Source of the DNA: an uncultured Verrucomicrobiota bacterium | GTDB taxonomy: Bacteria > Verrucomicrobiota > Kiritimatiellia > Kiritimatiellales > Tichowtungiaceae | Direction: 5' to 3' | Length of the DNA stretch: 64,000 nucleotides | NCBI GenBank assembly: GCA_903826865.1 | Contig: CAIKGD010000012.1 | Coordinates: 2,362-66,361, forward strand | Shown: positions 29,734 to 38,745 of the stretch, piece by piece | How the letters are laid out: every line of letters starts with the position of its first letter | Numbering within the stretch: the stretch's first letter is position 1 | Position numbers and translations under genes: made by a program | The notes under the pieces: model-generated | What the model was told of the DNA's origin: nothing | Database searches by the model: none | The model's input: the letters and a program-made list of their open reading frames with translations, nothing else

Positions 29734-30165
29734 TCAGACGGCCGGCAGCGCAATGCGCTTGGCGTCTTTCCAGAGTTTTTCGAGGTCGTAGAGACTGCGC
29801 ATTTCAAAACTGAAAACGTGAACCATCACGCCGTCGTAATCCACAATGATCCAGCCGCTGTCGCCGGCACCGGCGGCGCGATAGCCTTCGTACTGTTCGT
29901 TTTTGCAAAGCCGCTGCAGGCCGTCGCTCAGCGACTTGAGGTGCGGCACATTGGCGGCGGTAGCAACGACGAAATAGTCGGAAATATTGGCCACCTTGCG
30001 CAGGTCGAGAATCACAATATTCTCCGCCTTCTTGTCGTCTAAAAATTTAACCGATTTCAAAATGATTTCCGGAAGCTTCGGAGTCCTTTTTACGGCCTTC
30101 GCCTTCGGAGCCTCCGCCGAAACCTTTTTCACTGCCTTCGCTTTTTTAACTTTTTCTTCAGCCAT
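29734..30165 (-). CDS. rsfS: ribosomal silencing factor RsfS (iojap-like)
   Basis: NIVILDLRKVANISDYFVVATA...WIIVDYDGVMVHVFSFEMRSLYDLEKLW. The start is ATG at 30165 or 30174. Confidence 0.85.
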   Translation of the reverse strand: MAEEKVKKAKAVKKVSAEAPKAKAVKRTPKLPEIILKSVKFLDDKKAENIVILDLRKVANISDYFVVATAANVPHLKSLSDGLQRLCKNEQYEGYRAAGAGDSGWIIVDYDGVMVHVFSFEMRSLYDLEKLWKDAKRIALPAV

Positions 30166-30778
30166 ATAATCCATGCTCCGCAATATACATTTCCACTTCT
30201 GGCGGCACAAGGTAGCGGATACTCAGCCCTTCGGCCAGCCTTATCCGGATCTCGGAAGCGGAAATTTCGATCTCGTGAATCCGGATCAACCGCTTCAGAA
30301 GCCGGGTTTTCCAGGGTTCGGCCAGCTGAATCTGCTCCGCGATCCGCGCCGGGTTTTCGCCGCCGCGCGCAAACGGCACCACCGTGCACAATTCGAGCAG
30401 CTGTTCAATATTCCGCCACGAATGGAGAATCGTCAGAGAATCGAGGCCGACGATAAAGAACAGCGCCGCACCGGGATGCTCGAACTGGATCTGCGTCATC
30501 GTATCGAACGTATAGGACACCCCGCCGCGCTGAAGCTCCATATCGGAAACCTCGAAGCTCAGGTTCGCTTCCGTCGCCAGCTGAAGCATTTCAAAGCGAT
30601 GGCGTCCTTCGGCCAGTGTGTGTCCCTGCTTATGCGGAGGAACAGCCGCCGGTACAAAAATCAGCCGGTCGAGCTCCAGTTGCTCCACCGCATCCTGCGC
30701 TATCGCCAGATGTCCCGTATGCACCGGATCAAACGACCCGCCGAACACCCCGATCTGCTCTGGTTTGTTTTCTGACAT
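30158..30778 (-). CDS. nadD: nicotinate-nucleotide adenylyltransferase
   Basis: GVFGGSFDPVHTGHL and SASEIR motifs. A GTG at 30796 is an alternative start, but it lies inside a repeat element. Confidence 0.9.
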   Translation of the reverse strand: MSENKPEQIGVFGGSFDPVHTGHLAIAQDAVEQLELDRLIFVPAAVPPHKQGHTLAEGRHRFEMLQLATEANLSFEVSDMELQRGGVSYTFDTMTQIQFEHPGAALFFIVGLDSLTILHSWRNIEQLLELCTVVPFARGGENPARIAEQIQLAEPWKTRLLKRLIRIHEIEISASEIRIRLAEGLSIRYLVPPEVEMYIAEHGLYG

Positions 30779-30786
30779 ACGGAAAG

Positions 30787-30822
30787 TTTTTACCACAAGA
30801 GCACGGAGACTCAGAGCAGAAA
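30787..30822. repeat. short-motif (CACAGAG-type) repeat arm upstream of nadD
   Basis: tttttaccacaagagcacggagactcagagcagaa closely resembles tttttaccacagaggacacggagatacagagg at 53656-53686. Confidence 0.5.
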
Positions 30823-31281
30823 ACCGCAGTTTCCCGTATTAACGCAGATGCAGTGAGGATACCGCGTCTGCACTTTGGAAAATCTTTAATGCCGCCGCGC
30901 TTGCCCGCGCGTCCGCCAAACAGCCGGAAACCCCCGTTGATCGACCGGCGTAAAGCCTGATCAACCGGATCCCCCAGAAGTTGCGGTCTCAACAGACCCG
31001 GCCGCAGTGCAGCCAATAGTCTGCCGGCTCACTTTTTTTTTCGATAACCGTCTCAGCCATAACATACGGTCTCCGTCAAAACTCCGAATTTCTTCGCGAT
31101 CAGAGCGATCTATTATCAATCGAGGTTCAAAAATAAACCTTGTGTTCTGCGTTATTTGGACTAGAAACCTTTCCCTGTGATGCAGACGCAGTCTGCCGCG
31201 TCAGGTTCAGTTTGCCCTGTTTCACAGTGAAACAGGGGTTTAGTAACACCGGCCAAAAGCCGTCGAGTAAAGAGGTAAAGT

Positions 31282-31491
31282 ATGGGTTCAGTAGTAAATG
31301 GTACAGTTAAGTGGTTCAACGCCGAAAAAGGTTTTGGTTTCATCGCAGAAGACGGCGGCAAGGACGTTTTCGTCCACCACACCGCCATTAACGGAAGCGG
31401 CCGCAAAATGCTGGTCGAAGGACAAAAGGTAACGATGGAAGTTACTCAGGGTGCCAAAGGCCCCCAGGCCGCCAATGTGACTGGCCTGTAA
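31282..31491 (+). CDS. cspA: cold-shock protein (CspA family)
   Basis: [15 protein letters not shown] and DVFVHHTAI (RNP1/RNP2). 69 aa. Confidence 0.95.
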   Translation: MGSVVNGTVKWFNAEKGFGFIAEDGGKDVFVHHTAINGSGRKMLVEGQKVTMEVTQGAKGPQAANVTGL

Positions 31492-31537
31492 AAAAAACAG
31501 ACTCCGAGAGCTTCCAATCTCCGGAGTCTGTTTTTTA
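31492..31537. terminator. bidirectional Rho-independent terminator between cspA and proC
   Basis: Stem cagactccg (31498-31506) pairs with cggagtctg (31522-31530). It is flanked by A7 on the left and T6 on the right. Confidence 0.8.
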
Positions 31538-31580
31538 TTCTAAGAGCCGAGACCGGTTCTTCTAACCGTCCCGGTTTTCT

Positions 31581-32393
31581 TTACCCGTGCGACAATTCGA
31601 TTGATCGCTTTTGTGCGGCAAGTAGCGCCTGCACAACGGCTTCTTTTACGCCCGCTTTGTCGAGCGAACACACAGCGGCTTCTGTCGTCCCGCCTTTGGA
31701 CGTTACTTTGGCGCGCAGAACATCAGCGGTTTCGCCGGAGTCCTCCATCAACCGCGCAGCTCCTTCAACCGTCTTAAGCGCCAACGTACGGGCTGTCGCT
31801 TTATCGAGTCCCATCTTTTCCGCCGCCGCCAGCATTCCTTCGAGCAGGTAAAAAACGTAGGCGGGGCCTGAACCGCTCAGTGCGGTCACCGCATCCAGAT
31901 CACTTTCGGCGACGCGCACAGTTATGCCTACACAGCCTAACATGGCTTCGGCCACTTCAAGATCGGCCTCATCGGCCAGCGTGCCGGCGGCAATCGCTGA
32001 AGCCCCCTGCCCGACCAGCGCAGGTGTGTTGGGCATGACACGCACAACGCGGCATTTTCCGCCGAGTACGGCTTCAATTTTCGCCGCAGGAATGCCGGCC
32101 GCAATACTGATGATCAGCGTTTCGGAACGGATAACCGGCGCGATTCCTTTGAGCACGTCGAGCATCATTTGCGGTTTAACCGCGAGCACAACGATTTCCG
32201 CGTTTTTCACTGTGCGGTTATCTGTCGAGGTTGATACACCGTATTCTTTGGCCAGATCGGCCAGCCGTTCCGGGCGGACATCCGTCATGATGACTTTTTC
32301 CGGCGCACAGAAACCGCCCTCCACCATACCGCTGACGATGGCTTCCGCCATATTGCCTGCGCCAATAAAAACAATCTTCGACTCCATGATCAT
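31581..32393 (-). CDS. proC: pyrroline-5-carboxylate reductase
   Basis: IVFIGAGNMAEAI, RVMPNTPALVGQG and VTSKGGTTEAA. Confidence 0.93.
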   Translation of the reverse strand: MIMESKIVFIGAGNMAEAIVSGMVEGGFCAPEKVIMTDVRPERLADLAKEYGVSTSTDNRTVKNAEIVVLAVKPQMMLDVLKGIAPVIRSETLIISIAAGIPAAKIEAVLGGKCRVVRVMPNTPALVGQGASAIAAGTLADEADLEVAEAMLGCVGITVRVAESDLDAVTALSGSGPAYVFYLLEGMLAAAEKMGLDKATARTLALKTVEGAARLMEDSGETADVLRAKVTSKGGTTEAAVCSLDKAGVKEAVVQALLAAQKRSIELSHG

Positions 32394-32435
32394 AATTCCA
32401 CCTCCAGATCAGCACGGGCAACCTGCATGCTGCCC

Positions 32436-33107
32436 CTATCTATTCCCGAAAATATCCGACCCCACTCTGATAAACGTGGCACCTTCTTCAATCGCGATTT
32501 CGAAATCGTGCGACATGCCCATCGAAAGTTCGGGAAGCGGCGTGCCGGTTTCCTGCTGAAGCCGGTCACGGAGTTTCCAAAGATTGGAAAAATGGATGCG
32601 CGCTTTCTCTGGATCGGGTGTGAACGGCGGAATAGTCATCAATCCGTGCACCTCAATCCGCGAACTGCCGTTGGCGGATTCAATCAGTGCGGCGGCTTCC
32701 GCCGGTGCGCAGCCTTCCTTGGAGCCTTCTCCTGAAACATTGACCTGAATAAGCACCGGCAGCGGCACCGCCGTGTATTCGTCGAGCGCGTGAATCAGTT
32801 TTACAGAATCAACGGAATGAATCATCCGGAAAAGTCCGGAGGCCGCAATGCGCGCCTTGTTGCTCTGCAGATGGCCGATGAGGTGCCACTGCAGGCTGCC
32901 GGGGCAAAGCGGAATTTTGGACTGCGCCTCCTGTACACGGTTTTCGCCGAAAAGAATCTGTCCGGCCCCGGCGGCTTCCAGCACTGCTTCGACCGGTTTG
33001 GTTTTTGAAACGGCGACCAGTTTCACCTCACCGCGCTTTCGCCCGGCTCTTTCACAGGCAGCGGAAATGCGCCGTTCGACTGTTTCGAGATTTCCGCGGA
33101 TACTCAT
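32436..33107 (-). CDS. yggS: YggS-family pyridoxal-phosphate homeostasis protein
   Basis: LVAVSKTKP, FGENRVQE, HLIGHLQSNK and LSMGMSHDF. Confidence 0.9.
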   Translation of the reverse strand: MSIRGNLETVERRISAACERAGRKRGEVKLVAVSKTKPVEAVLEAAGAGQILFGENRVQEAQSKIPLCPGSLQWHLIGHLQSNKARIAASGLFRMIHSVDSVKLIHALDEYTAVPLPVLIQVNVSGEGSKEGCAPAEAAALIESANGSSRIEVHGLMTIPPFTPDPEKARIHFSNLWKLRDRLQQETGTPLPELSMGMSHDFEIAIEEGATFIRVGSDIFGNR

Positions 33108-34192
33108 ACTTTCCCGATCAGCTTGATGACGAGCATTTCAAGAATCAGCTCCGGCGGAACGCCGCTGGAAACGAGCTGTTCGTGGGTTTTCAGCAGCCGT
33201 TTCTGGCCGCGCAGCAGTTCGTCGGCACTGTAATTTCCGGCCTGCTGCGCCACTTTGGAGGTCGGGAACCAGTGGGTTTCGCGGGGGTCGGACGGAAGCT
33301 GTGCAAACATCTTGTCCATTTCCGGATCGCTGCTCCACTGAACGGAGCTGGCACCAAAACCGGAGCTGACCCGCAACCAGTTCTGGTCGAGATATGCACG
33401 AAACTGCATGAGTTTCTGATAATGCTTTTCAACCGCGAACATAATGCCGATAGGCGCTTCGCCCTGGAAAAACAGCTGCCGGAGAATCCGCAGCGCTTCT
33501 TTCAGTTTGCGCTCACCCAGTGCGTCCGTGAAATCCCATGCAACGGCTTCTGCCGTTGAAGAAGTAATCGCTCTGACGTCTTCTGTCGTGATTTCTTTGC
33601 GGTCGCCGATATACAGCGTCAGCTTTTCAACTTCCATGACGAGCTGGCGGGTGTCGGTGCCGACTTTTTCAAGAAACAGATCGAGCGCGCCCTCGCCGAT
33701 ACGGCATTTCGCCTGGGTAAACAGGGTCTGCGCCCGCTCGCGGATGACCGGCTTCTTTTTATAGTCCTGTTCGGGCAGGTCGTAGGCTTCGACAGCACCG
33801 GCGGCTTCGCAGGTTTTGTAGAAAGCGGAGCGGCGGTCTACGCCGGGCGCTGAAATAATCAGGTTCTGACTGTCCGGCAGTCCCTTTTTTATATCGTCGG
33901 TCAGCCGGCCGAGCAGCTCTTTGACCGTTTCATTTTTACCGATGACGGCATCTTTAAAAATAGACACGTCGCAGAACCAGACCGTTTTCTGCCCGCCGAA
34001 CAGTCCGACCGTGCGCACAGCGCCTATGCAGGTTTTGAGGGCCGCTACGGCTTCATCAATGGTTTTAACGTCGCCGTTAACGGTTTCAAGGCAGAGGGTC
34101 TGTTCGGTTTCCGGGCAGAGCGTGTTGACGGCCTTGCGGGCGTTGTAACTCACCAGATATTCGTCGGTACCATGTATCAGTTTTACGGCCAC
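33104..34192 (-). CDS. holA: DNA polymerase III delta subunit
   Basis: Size, position and overall HolA-like sequence (N-terminal clamp-loader fold, ...EKLTLYIGDRKEIT...). Overlaps the yggS start by 4 nt. Confidence 0.8.
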   Translation of the reverse strand: MAVKLIHGTDEYLVSYNARKAVNTLCPETEQTLCLETVNGDVKTIDEAVAALKTCIGAVRTVGLFGGQKTVWFCDVSIFKDAVIGKNETVKELLGRLTDDIKKGLPDSQNLIISAPGVDRRSAFYKTCEAAGAVEAYDLPEQDYKKKPVIRERAQTLFTQAKCRIGEGALDLFLEKVGTDTRQLVMEVEKLTLYIGDRKEITTEDVRAITSSTAEAVAWDFTDALGERKLKEALRILRQLFFQGEAPIGIMFAVEKHYQKLMQFRAYLDQNWLRVSSGFGASSVQWSSDPEMDKMFAQLPSDPRETHWFPTSKVAQQAGNYSADELLRGQKRLLKTHEQLVSSGVPPELILEMLVIKLIGKV

Positions 34193-34245
34193 GGGTTGAA
34201 TTCCTTATTTGCGTTGCGGGTACATCTTAATCATAATCCCCGACT

Positions 34246-34752
34246 ATGAGCAACACGCAGGAGAATGGAATGAAGCGCCCGCTCTGGGCTCCGTGGCGGA
34301 TTGAATATATCCGCAACGAAAAACAGGACGATTGCTTCCTCTGCCGGATGTTCGCCGAAAAGACCGACCGGAAAAACTTCCTGCTTTTCCGCGGAAAGAC
34401 CTGCGCGGTACTGATGAACCGCTATCCCTACAGCAGCGGGCACTTGATGATTGCTCCGTACCGCCATATCGCCGGGATCGACGGACTCACGCCCGCAGAG
34501 AATCTGGAAACGGCCGCGCTCACCGCCCGTGCTGTCACAGTGCTGCGCGAAGTAATGGTGCCGCAGGGCTTCAATATCGGCATAAATCTTGGCGAAGCGG
34601 CCGGCGCGGGTCTGAAAGATCATCTGCACCAGCATATCGTGCCGCGATGGATCGGTGATACCAACTTTATGCCGGTGCTCGGCGGGCCGCGCGTCATGCC
34701 CGAAGCACTCGAAGCAACCTATGCTCTGCTTTTCGAACCATTCAACCGTTAA
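34246..34752 (+). CDS. HIT-family nucleotide hydrolase/transferase
   Basis: Histidine triad HLHQHIVPRW and NRYPYSSGHLMI. Confidence 0.88.
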   Translation: MSNTQENGMKRPLWAPWRIEYIRNEKQDDCFLCRMFAEKTDRKNFLLFRGKTCAVLMNRYPYSSGHLMIAPYRHIAGIDGLTPAENLETAALTARAVTVLREVMVPQGFNIGINLGEAAGAGLKDHLHQHIVPRWIGDTNFMPVLGGPRVMPEALEATYALLFEPFNR

Positions 34753-34765
34753 CCGGAGAAAGCCA

Positions 34766-35665
34766 ATGCCGAAAAATATACCTGTCATCTGTGTGGAAGC
34801 GGAAACCCTGGCGGAAGCGTATGAAAAAGCACTGACCGGACTTTATACGCGCGGAACCCGTTTCAAGACGCAGTATGACAAGCCGGGCGATCCGCTCAGC
34901 CTCGACTGCACCATGAACATCACTATCCTCGATCCGCTGAAAGATCCGATGATTCACAAAGCGTTTCCCGGCGGCATCGCCGATTTGCGCGAATACGTGA
35001 TGGAACTCAAAGGCTTCAAAGACCACTGGGTCAAAAATATGAATGACCCCAAAGATACCCGCTGGGAATACACCTACCACGGACGCCTTGCCGACTACGG
35101 CGTCTGGAAGGAACTCATCGGCGGAAAAAGCACGGAAACCGGTCCCTTCAAAATCCGGCAGCTCGACGGCATTGTTGAAAAGCTCTCCAAACAGCCGTTC
35201 ACCCGTCAGGCGCAGGCGATCACCTGGATGCCCAACCTCGACCTCGAATGCTACGACCCGCCCTGCCTTCAGTCCATCTGGTACCGCATTCTCGAAGACG
35301 ATGAGGGCATCTGGTGGCTCAACACCAATATCCGCTTCCGCAGCAACGATGCGTGGGGCGCCAACTTCATGAATATGTTCGGCTTCACCCTTTTCAGTAA
35401 AGAGGTTATCGCCGATGCCGTTGCCGCAAAAACCGGAAAGACGGTCAAAATGGGCCGCCTGAACTGGCAGGCCGACTCTTTCCATATCTACGGCAAAGAC
35501 ATTCAGGCCGCTAAAGAACGCCTTTTCGACCGGCTCGGCACCACGGACTTCGAGGATCGCGTCTATGAATTTCATGACGAAATGATCAACGAAATGTATG
35601 CCGAGGCTGAAGGGGAAGTGCTCGCCAAAATCAAAGCGTATGATGCCGAACACGCGCGGCCTTGA
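34766..35665 (+). CDS. divergent (archaeal-like) thymidylate synthase family protein
   Basis: Catalytic Cys context DPPCLQSIWYRI, RSNDAWGANFMN (equivalent to R166-S-x-D169...N177) and ADSFHIYGKD. The start is trimmed to MPKNIPV (ATG 34766). Confidence 0.8.
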   Translation: MPKNIPVICVEAETLAEAYEKALTGLYTRGTRFKTQYDKPGDPLSLDCTMNITILDPLKDPMIHKAFPGGIADLREYVMELKGFKDHWVKNMNDPKDTRWEYTYHGRLADYGVWKELIGGKSTETGPFKIRQLDGIVEKLSKQPFTRQAQAITWMPNLDLECYDPPCLQSIWYRILEDDEGIWWLNTNIRFRSNDAWGANFMNMFGFTLFSKEVIADAVAAKTGKTVKMGRLNWQADSFHIYGKDIQAAKERLFDRLGTTDFEDRVYEFHDEMINEMYAEAEGEVLAKIKAYDAEHARP

Positions 35666-35709
35666 GTTTTAAATTATTCACACAACCGGAAAATGAAGGA
35701 GATCGGAAT

Positions 35710-35811
35710 ATGTCAAAATCACGGGAATCGCAAAAAGAAGTAAGAAAAAAACCGGCCAAAACCGCTAAAGAAAAAAAACTGGCCAAGCTCGAAAAAAAGA
35801 AAAACAAGTAA
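35710..35811 (+). CDS. possible small Lys-rich protein (33 aa), not in the ORF track
   Basis: MSKSRESQKEVRKKPAKTAKEKKLAKLEKKKNK. AGGAG lies 8 nt upstream of the ATG. There is no homology evidence. Confidence 0.35.
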   Translation: MSKSRESQKEVRKKPAKTAKEKKLAKLEKKKNK

Positions 35812-35824
35812 CGCCCCGCGCCTG

Positions 35825-36487
35825 CTACAGATCAGGCACGGTTTCGGGATAGACCTGCCCGGAGGCACTTATCTTAAAAACATAGATGAGGCCGGGGCGC
35901 AGTTTTGTATACACCGCATTGCCGTAGATGGCTTTAATACCGTACTGCTGAAGTGCTTCAGGATTGTTGGCCAAATCCCAGACGGCAGTCCAGAACATCT
36001 TCCTCTCGAAAAAATGCAACCGTCCAAGCAGGTTGTTGTAGCGGGCGGGCGGCACACCGTCTTTTTCAATTGCAAAGCCGAATGACGGCGGCTGTTTTTC
36101 TCCGTAGATGCGCCGCCAGAGGTACAGTGAGCGCTCCTTGCCGTCGATGACCGCCTGACCGGGAAAGGTGATGACCAGCGCATCGAAGTGCACGGTATCG
36201 CCTTCAATCTCATATTCCTTTTCGAGAACCGTTTTCAGCCGGTCGTCGCGGGCGGTTTCGACAAAGCGGACAATGGTGTAAAGTCTTCCGGCGCGGGTTT
36301 CCTGCTGGACGACTTTGGCGTAGCCGATCTGGTCTTCTTGCGTCAGCGTCGCCAGCGACTGCTTGAGCTTTTTGTTTTCGCCGAGCAGGTCATGGACGGT
36401 TTTGGTTCCGTAAAAAAGCGCACCGGAAATAAAAATGACCGCCGCCAGCACCAGCAGTCCGAAAATGGTTTTAATCAGCTTTCTCAT
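35825..36487 (-). CDS. membrane-anchored hypothetical protein
   Basis: MRKLIKTIFGLLVLAAVIFISGALFY N-terminal anchor followed by a ~190-aa soluble domain. I recognised no motif. Confidence 0.6.
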   Translation of the reverse strand: MRKLIKTIFGLLVLAAVIFISGALFYGTKTVHDLLGENKKLKQSLATLTQEDQIGYAKVVQQETRAGRLYTIVRFVETARDDRLKTVLEKEYEIEGDTVHFDALVITFPGQAVIDGKERSLYLWRRIYGEKQPPSFGFAIEKDGVPPARYNNLLGRLHFFERKMFWTAVWDLANNPEALQQYGIKAIYGNAVYTKLRPGLIYVFKISASGQVYPETVPDL

Positions 36488-36570
36488 GGACGGAACCCTA
36501 CTCCGTTTTTCCAATCATTGGAAGTAACAGCGTTGCATTTCAGCGCTGTCGCGGCTAACTTCTTTCCACT

Positions 36571-37218
36571 ATGCGCGGAAAATTCATAACGCTGGAAGGG
36601 CCGGAAGGCTCGGGAAAATCAACGCAGGCCAAGATGCTCATCCGGCGGCTGGCCGACTGCGGCATCGAGGCTGTTTACACCCGCGAACCGGGCGGCACAG
36701 CGCTGGGCGAAGAAATCCGCAACATTCTCCAGCACAATCAGGCGGGCGAAGCGCCCTGCGAACGCGCCGAACTGCTTCTGTTCGAAGCCAGCCGCAACCA
36801 GCTGATCGAAAAGGTAATCCGCCCGAATCTCGAAAAAGGCGTCTGGGTGATCTGCGACCGTTTCATGGACTCAACCGCGGCCTATCAGGGTTACGGCCGC
36901 GGTCTGCCGGTCAACGAAATCGAAGCTATCAACCGCTTTACCGTCAATAAGGTCGTGCCCGATCTCACGCTGCTGCTCGATCTGGAAGTCGCCGCCGGAT
37001 TTAAGCGGATCGCGCAGCGGTATCTCGCGCTCGGTGAAACAGCCGACCGTTTTGAACAGGAAGACCGGTCGTTCCACGAACGGGTTCGTGCCGGCTACCT
37101 GAAGCTGGCGGAGAAAGAACCGGAACGCTTCCGTATCATCAACGCCGCGCAGGAACCTGACGCGGTCGCAGTTTCAATTTGGGATACCGTTAACGATGTC
37201 GTCAGGCAGTCAATTTAG
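36571..37218 (+). CDS. tmk: thymidylate (dTMP) kinase
   Basis: FITLEGPEGSGKSTQ, TREPGGT and DRFMDSTAAYQG. Confidence 0.93.
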   Translation: MRGKFITLEGPEGSGKSTQAKMLIRRLADCGIEAVYTREPGGTALGEEIRNILQHNQAGEAPCERAELLLFEASRNQLIEKVIRPNLEKGVWVICDRFMDSTAAYQGYGRGLPVNEIEAINRFTVNKVVPDLTLLLDLEVAAGFKRIAQRYLALGETADRFEQEDRSFHERVRAGYLKLAEKEPERFRIINAAQEPDAVAVSIWDTVNDVVRQSI

Positions 37219-38131
37219 TTCTGCCTGGACAGGCATCGGAAAAAGCTGGCAGAACGGCCAGCTGGCGCATGCTTACCTCTTACAGGGCGCGCCGCACGGT
37301 GCGGCGCTCCGGTTTGCGGAACAGCTGCTCGGCCTCATTTTCAACAATCACCCGCAGGTTAAAACCCGCGCCCATCCCGATATTGTCTGGATCGAACCGC
37401 AGAGCAAAAGCCGGCAGATTGTAATCGAAGAAATCCGCGACCTGATCCGCCAGTTCTCACAAACCCCGTTCGCGGGCGGATGGAAAGCGGGCGTGATTCT
37501 GTGTGCCGACCGCATGACCGATCAGGCGGCCAACGCCCTGCTGAAAACGCTGGAAGAACCGGCGGCTAAAACGCTGCTCATTCTGATCACCGATGAACCG
37601 CAGGCTGTGCTGCCGACGATCTCATCGCGCTGCCAGCGCATTTCGCTCGCCGATGAAGACGAAGAGGTTTCCAAACACTGGAAAGATCCCCTGCTTGATA
37701 TTCTCGGTGAATTGCCGCCGGCCAGCGTGCCGGAAGCCGGACTTTTCGCCATCCGGCTGTTGGCACTGCTGAATGAACTTAAAGAAGAGTTTGAAGCCGA
37801 TGAGGCCGGCCGCCTGCCGGAGGATTTGACGGCCAAAGAGAGCAAGGCGCTGCTGGATGCCCGGTCGACGGCCCGCCTGATCGAGGCCCGCACCGAAATC
37901 CTGCGTACGATGCTCCGCTGGCAGCGCGATGTGCTGATGCTGGTGCTCGGGCAAAATGAGGCGGTGCTGAACTTTTCGGACGACCAGGAACCGCTCAAAC
38001 GGCAGGCGATGCTCTGCACAAGGGCCGAAGCGCTGCGGCGGATCGCCGCCGTGGAGGAAATGGGACAGCAGTTTGAACGCAATCTGCCTGCCGAGCTGGT
38101 GCTCAACAGCTTTTTTTCACAGCTTGTTTAG
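37196..38131 (+). CDS. holB: DNA polymerase III delta' subunit
   Basis: AHAYLLQG, LKTLEEP and PTISSRCQ. Confidence 0.88.
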   Translation: MSSGSQFSSAWTGIGKSWQNGQLAHAYLLQGAPHGAALRFAEQLLGLIFNNHPQVKTRAHPDIVWIEPQSKSRQIVIEEIRDLIRQFSQTPFAGGWKAGVILCADRMTDQAANALLKTLEEPAAKTLLILITDEPQAVLPTISSRCQRISLADEDEEVSKHWKDPLLDILGELPPASVPEAGLFAIRLLALLNELKEEFEADEAGRLPEDLTAKESKALLDARSTARLIEARTEILRTMLRWQRDVLMLVLGQNEAVLNFSDDQEPLKRQAMLCTRAEALRRIAAVEEMGQQFERNLPAELVLNSFFSQLV

Positions 38132-38580
38132 CCGCGCAAATGCTTAACAAGCGCGTCGAGTGCGAGGATGTAGCTGTAACCCTTGAAACCCATGATCTGT
38201 CCGATACAGGCCGGTGCGGTCAGGCTCTTATGCCGGATTTCTTCGCGGGCGTTGGTATTGCTCAAATGCACTTCAACCGCCGGAACTTCTTTTTCGACGG
38301 CTTTCAGCGCATCGGCCACGCCAAGACTGGTATGGGTGAAAGCGGCCGGATTGATGATAATACCGGCGAATTTCCCTCTGGCGGCACCGATCCACGTAAT
38401 CAGGTCGCTCTCGGCATTGCTCTGGCGGAATTCAAGTTCCACGCCGCCCAGTCTGCCGGCACAGGCATTCATATCCTTTGCGATGGAATCGAGCGTTTCA
38501 GTACCGTAAACCTCCGGCTCGCGCGTACCGAGCAGGTTGAGGTTCGGGCCGTTCAGAACAAGAATTTTGAGCGTTTTCAT
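38128..38580 (-). CDS. aroQ: type II 3-dehydroquinate dehydratase
   Basis: ILVLNGPNLNLLGTREPEVYG, INPAAFTHTS and HLSN. Confidence 0.95.
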   Translation of the reverse strand: MKTLKILVLNGPNLNLLGTREPEVYGTETLDSIAKDMNACAGRLGGVELEFRQSNAESDLITWIGAARGKFAGIIINPAAFTHTSLGVADALKAVEKEVPAVEVHLSNTNAREEIRHKSLTAPACIGQIMGFKGYSYILALDALVKHLRG

Positions 38581-38745
38581 GCCGGAAGTTTTACCATAGA
38601 ACCCGCAGATAGCACGGATTTTTTAGAAGAAGGTGGTCTGTCGCCCATTATCCGGAACACCGGAGACTCTCACGTTTTGCGTGAGAGCCTCGAACTTGCA
38701 GTTCCACGACCCCCGACTGCATGAGTCCCCGATGGAAGGTTGCGG

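Noticed and set aside
30826-31041. Possible small RNA or attenuator ending at the T9 run (31033-31041) between nadD and cspA.
   Set aside because: I could not find a convincing GC-rich stem immediately preceding the T-run, so the evidence is insufficient without expression data.
34231-34788. 185-aa minus-strand ORF overlapping the HIT gene.
   Set aside because: The plus-strand frame carries the HxHxHxx histidine triad and fits the operon. The antisense product has no recognisable features.
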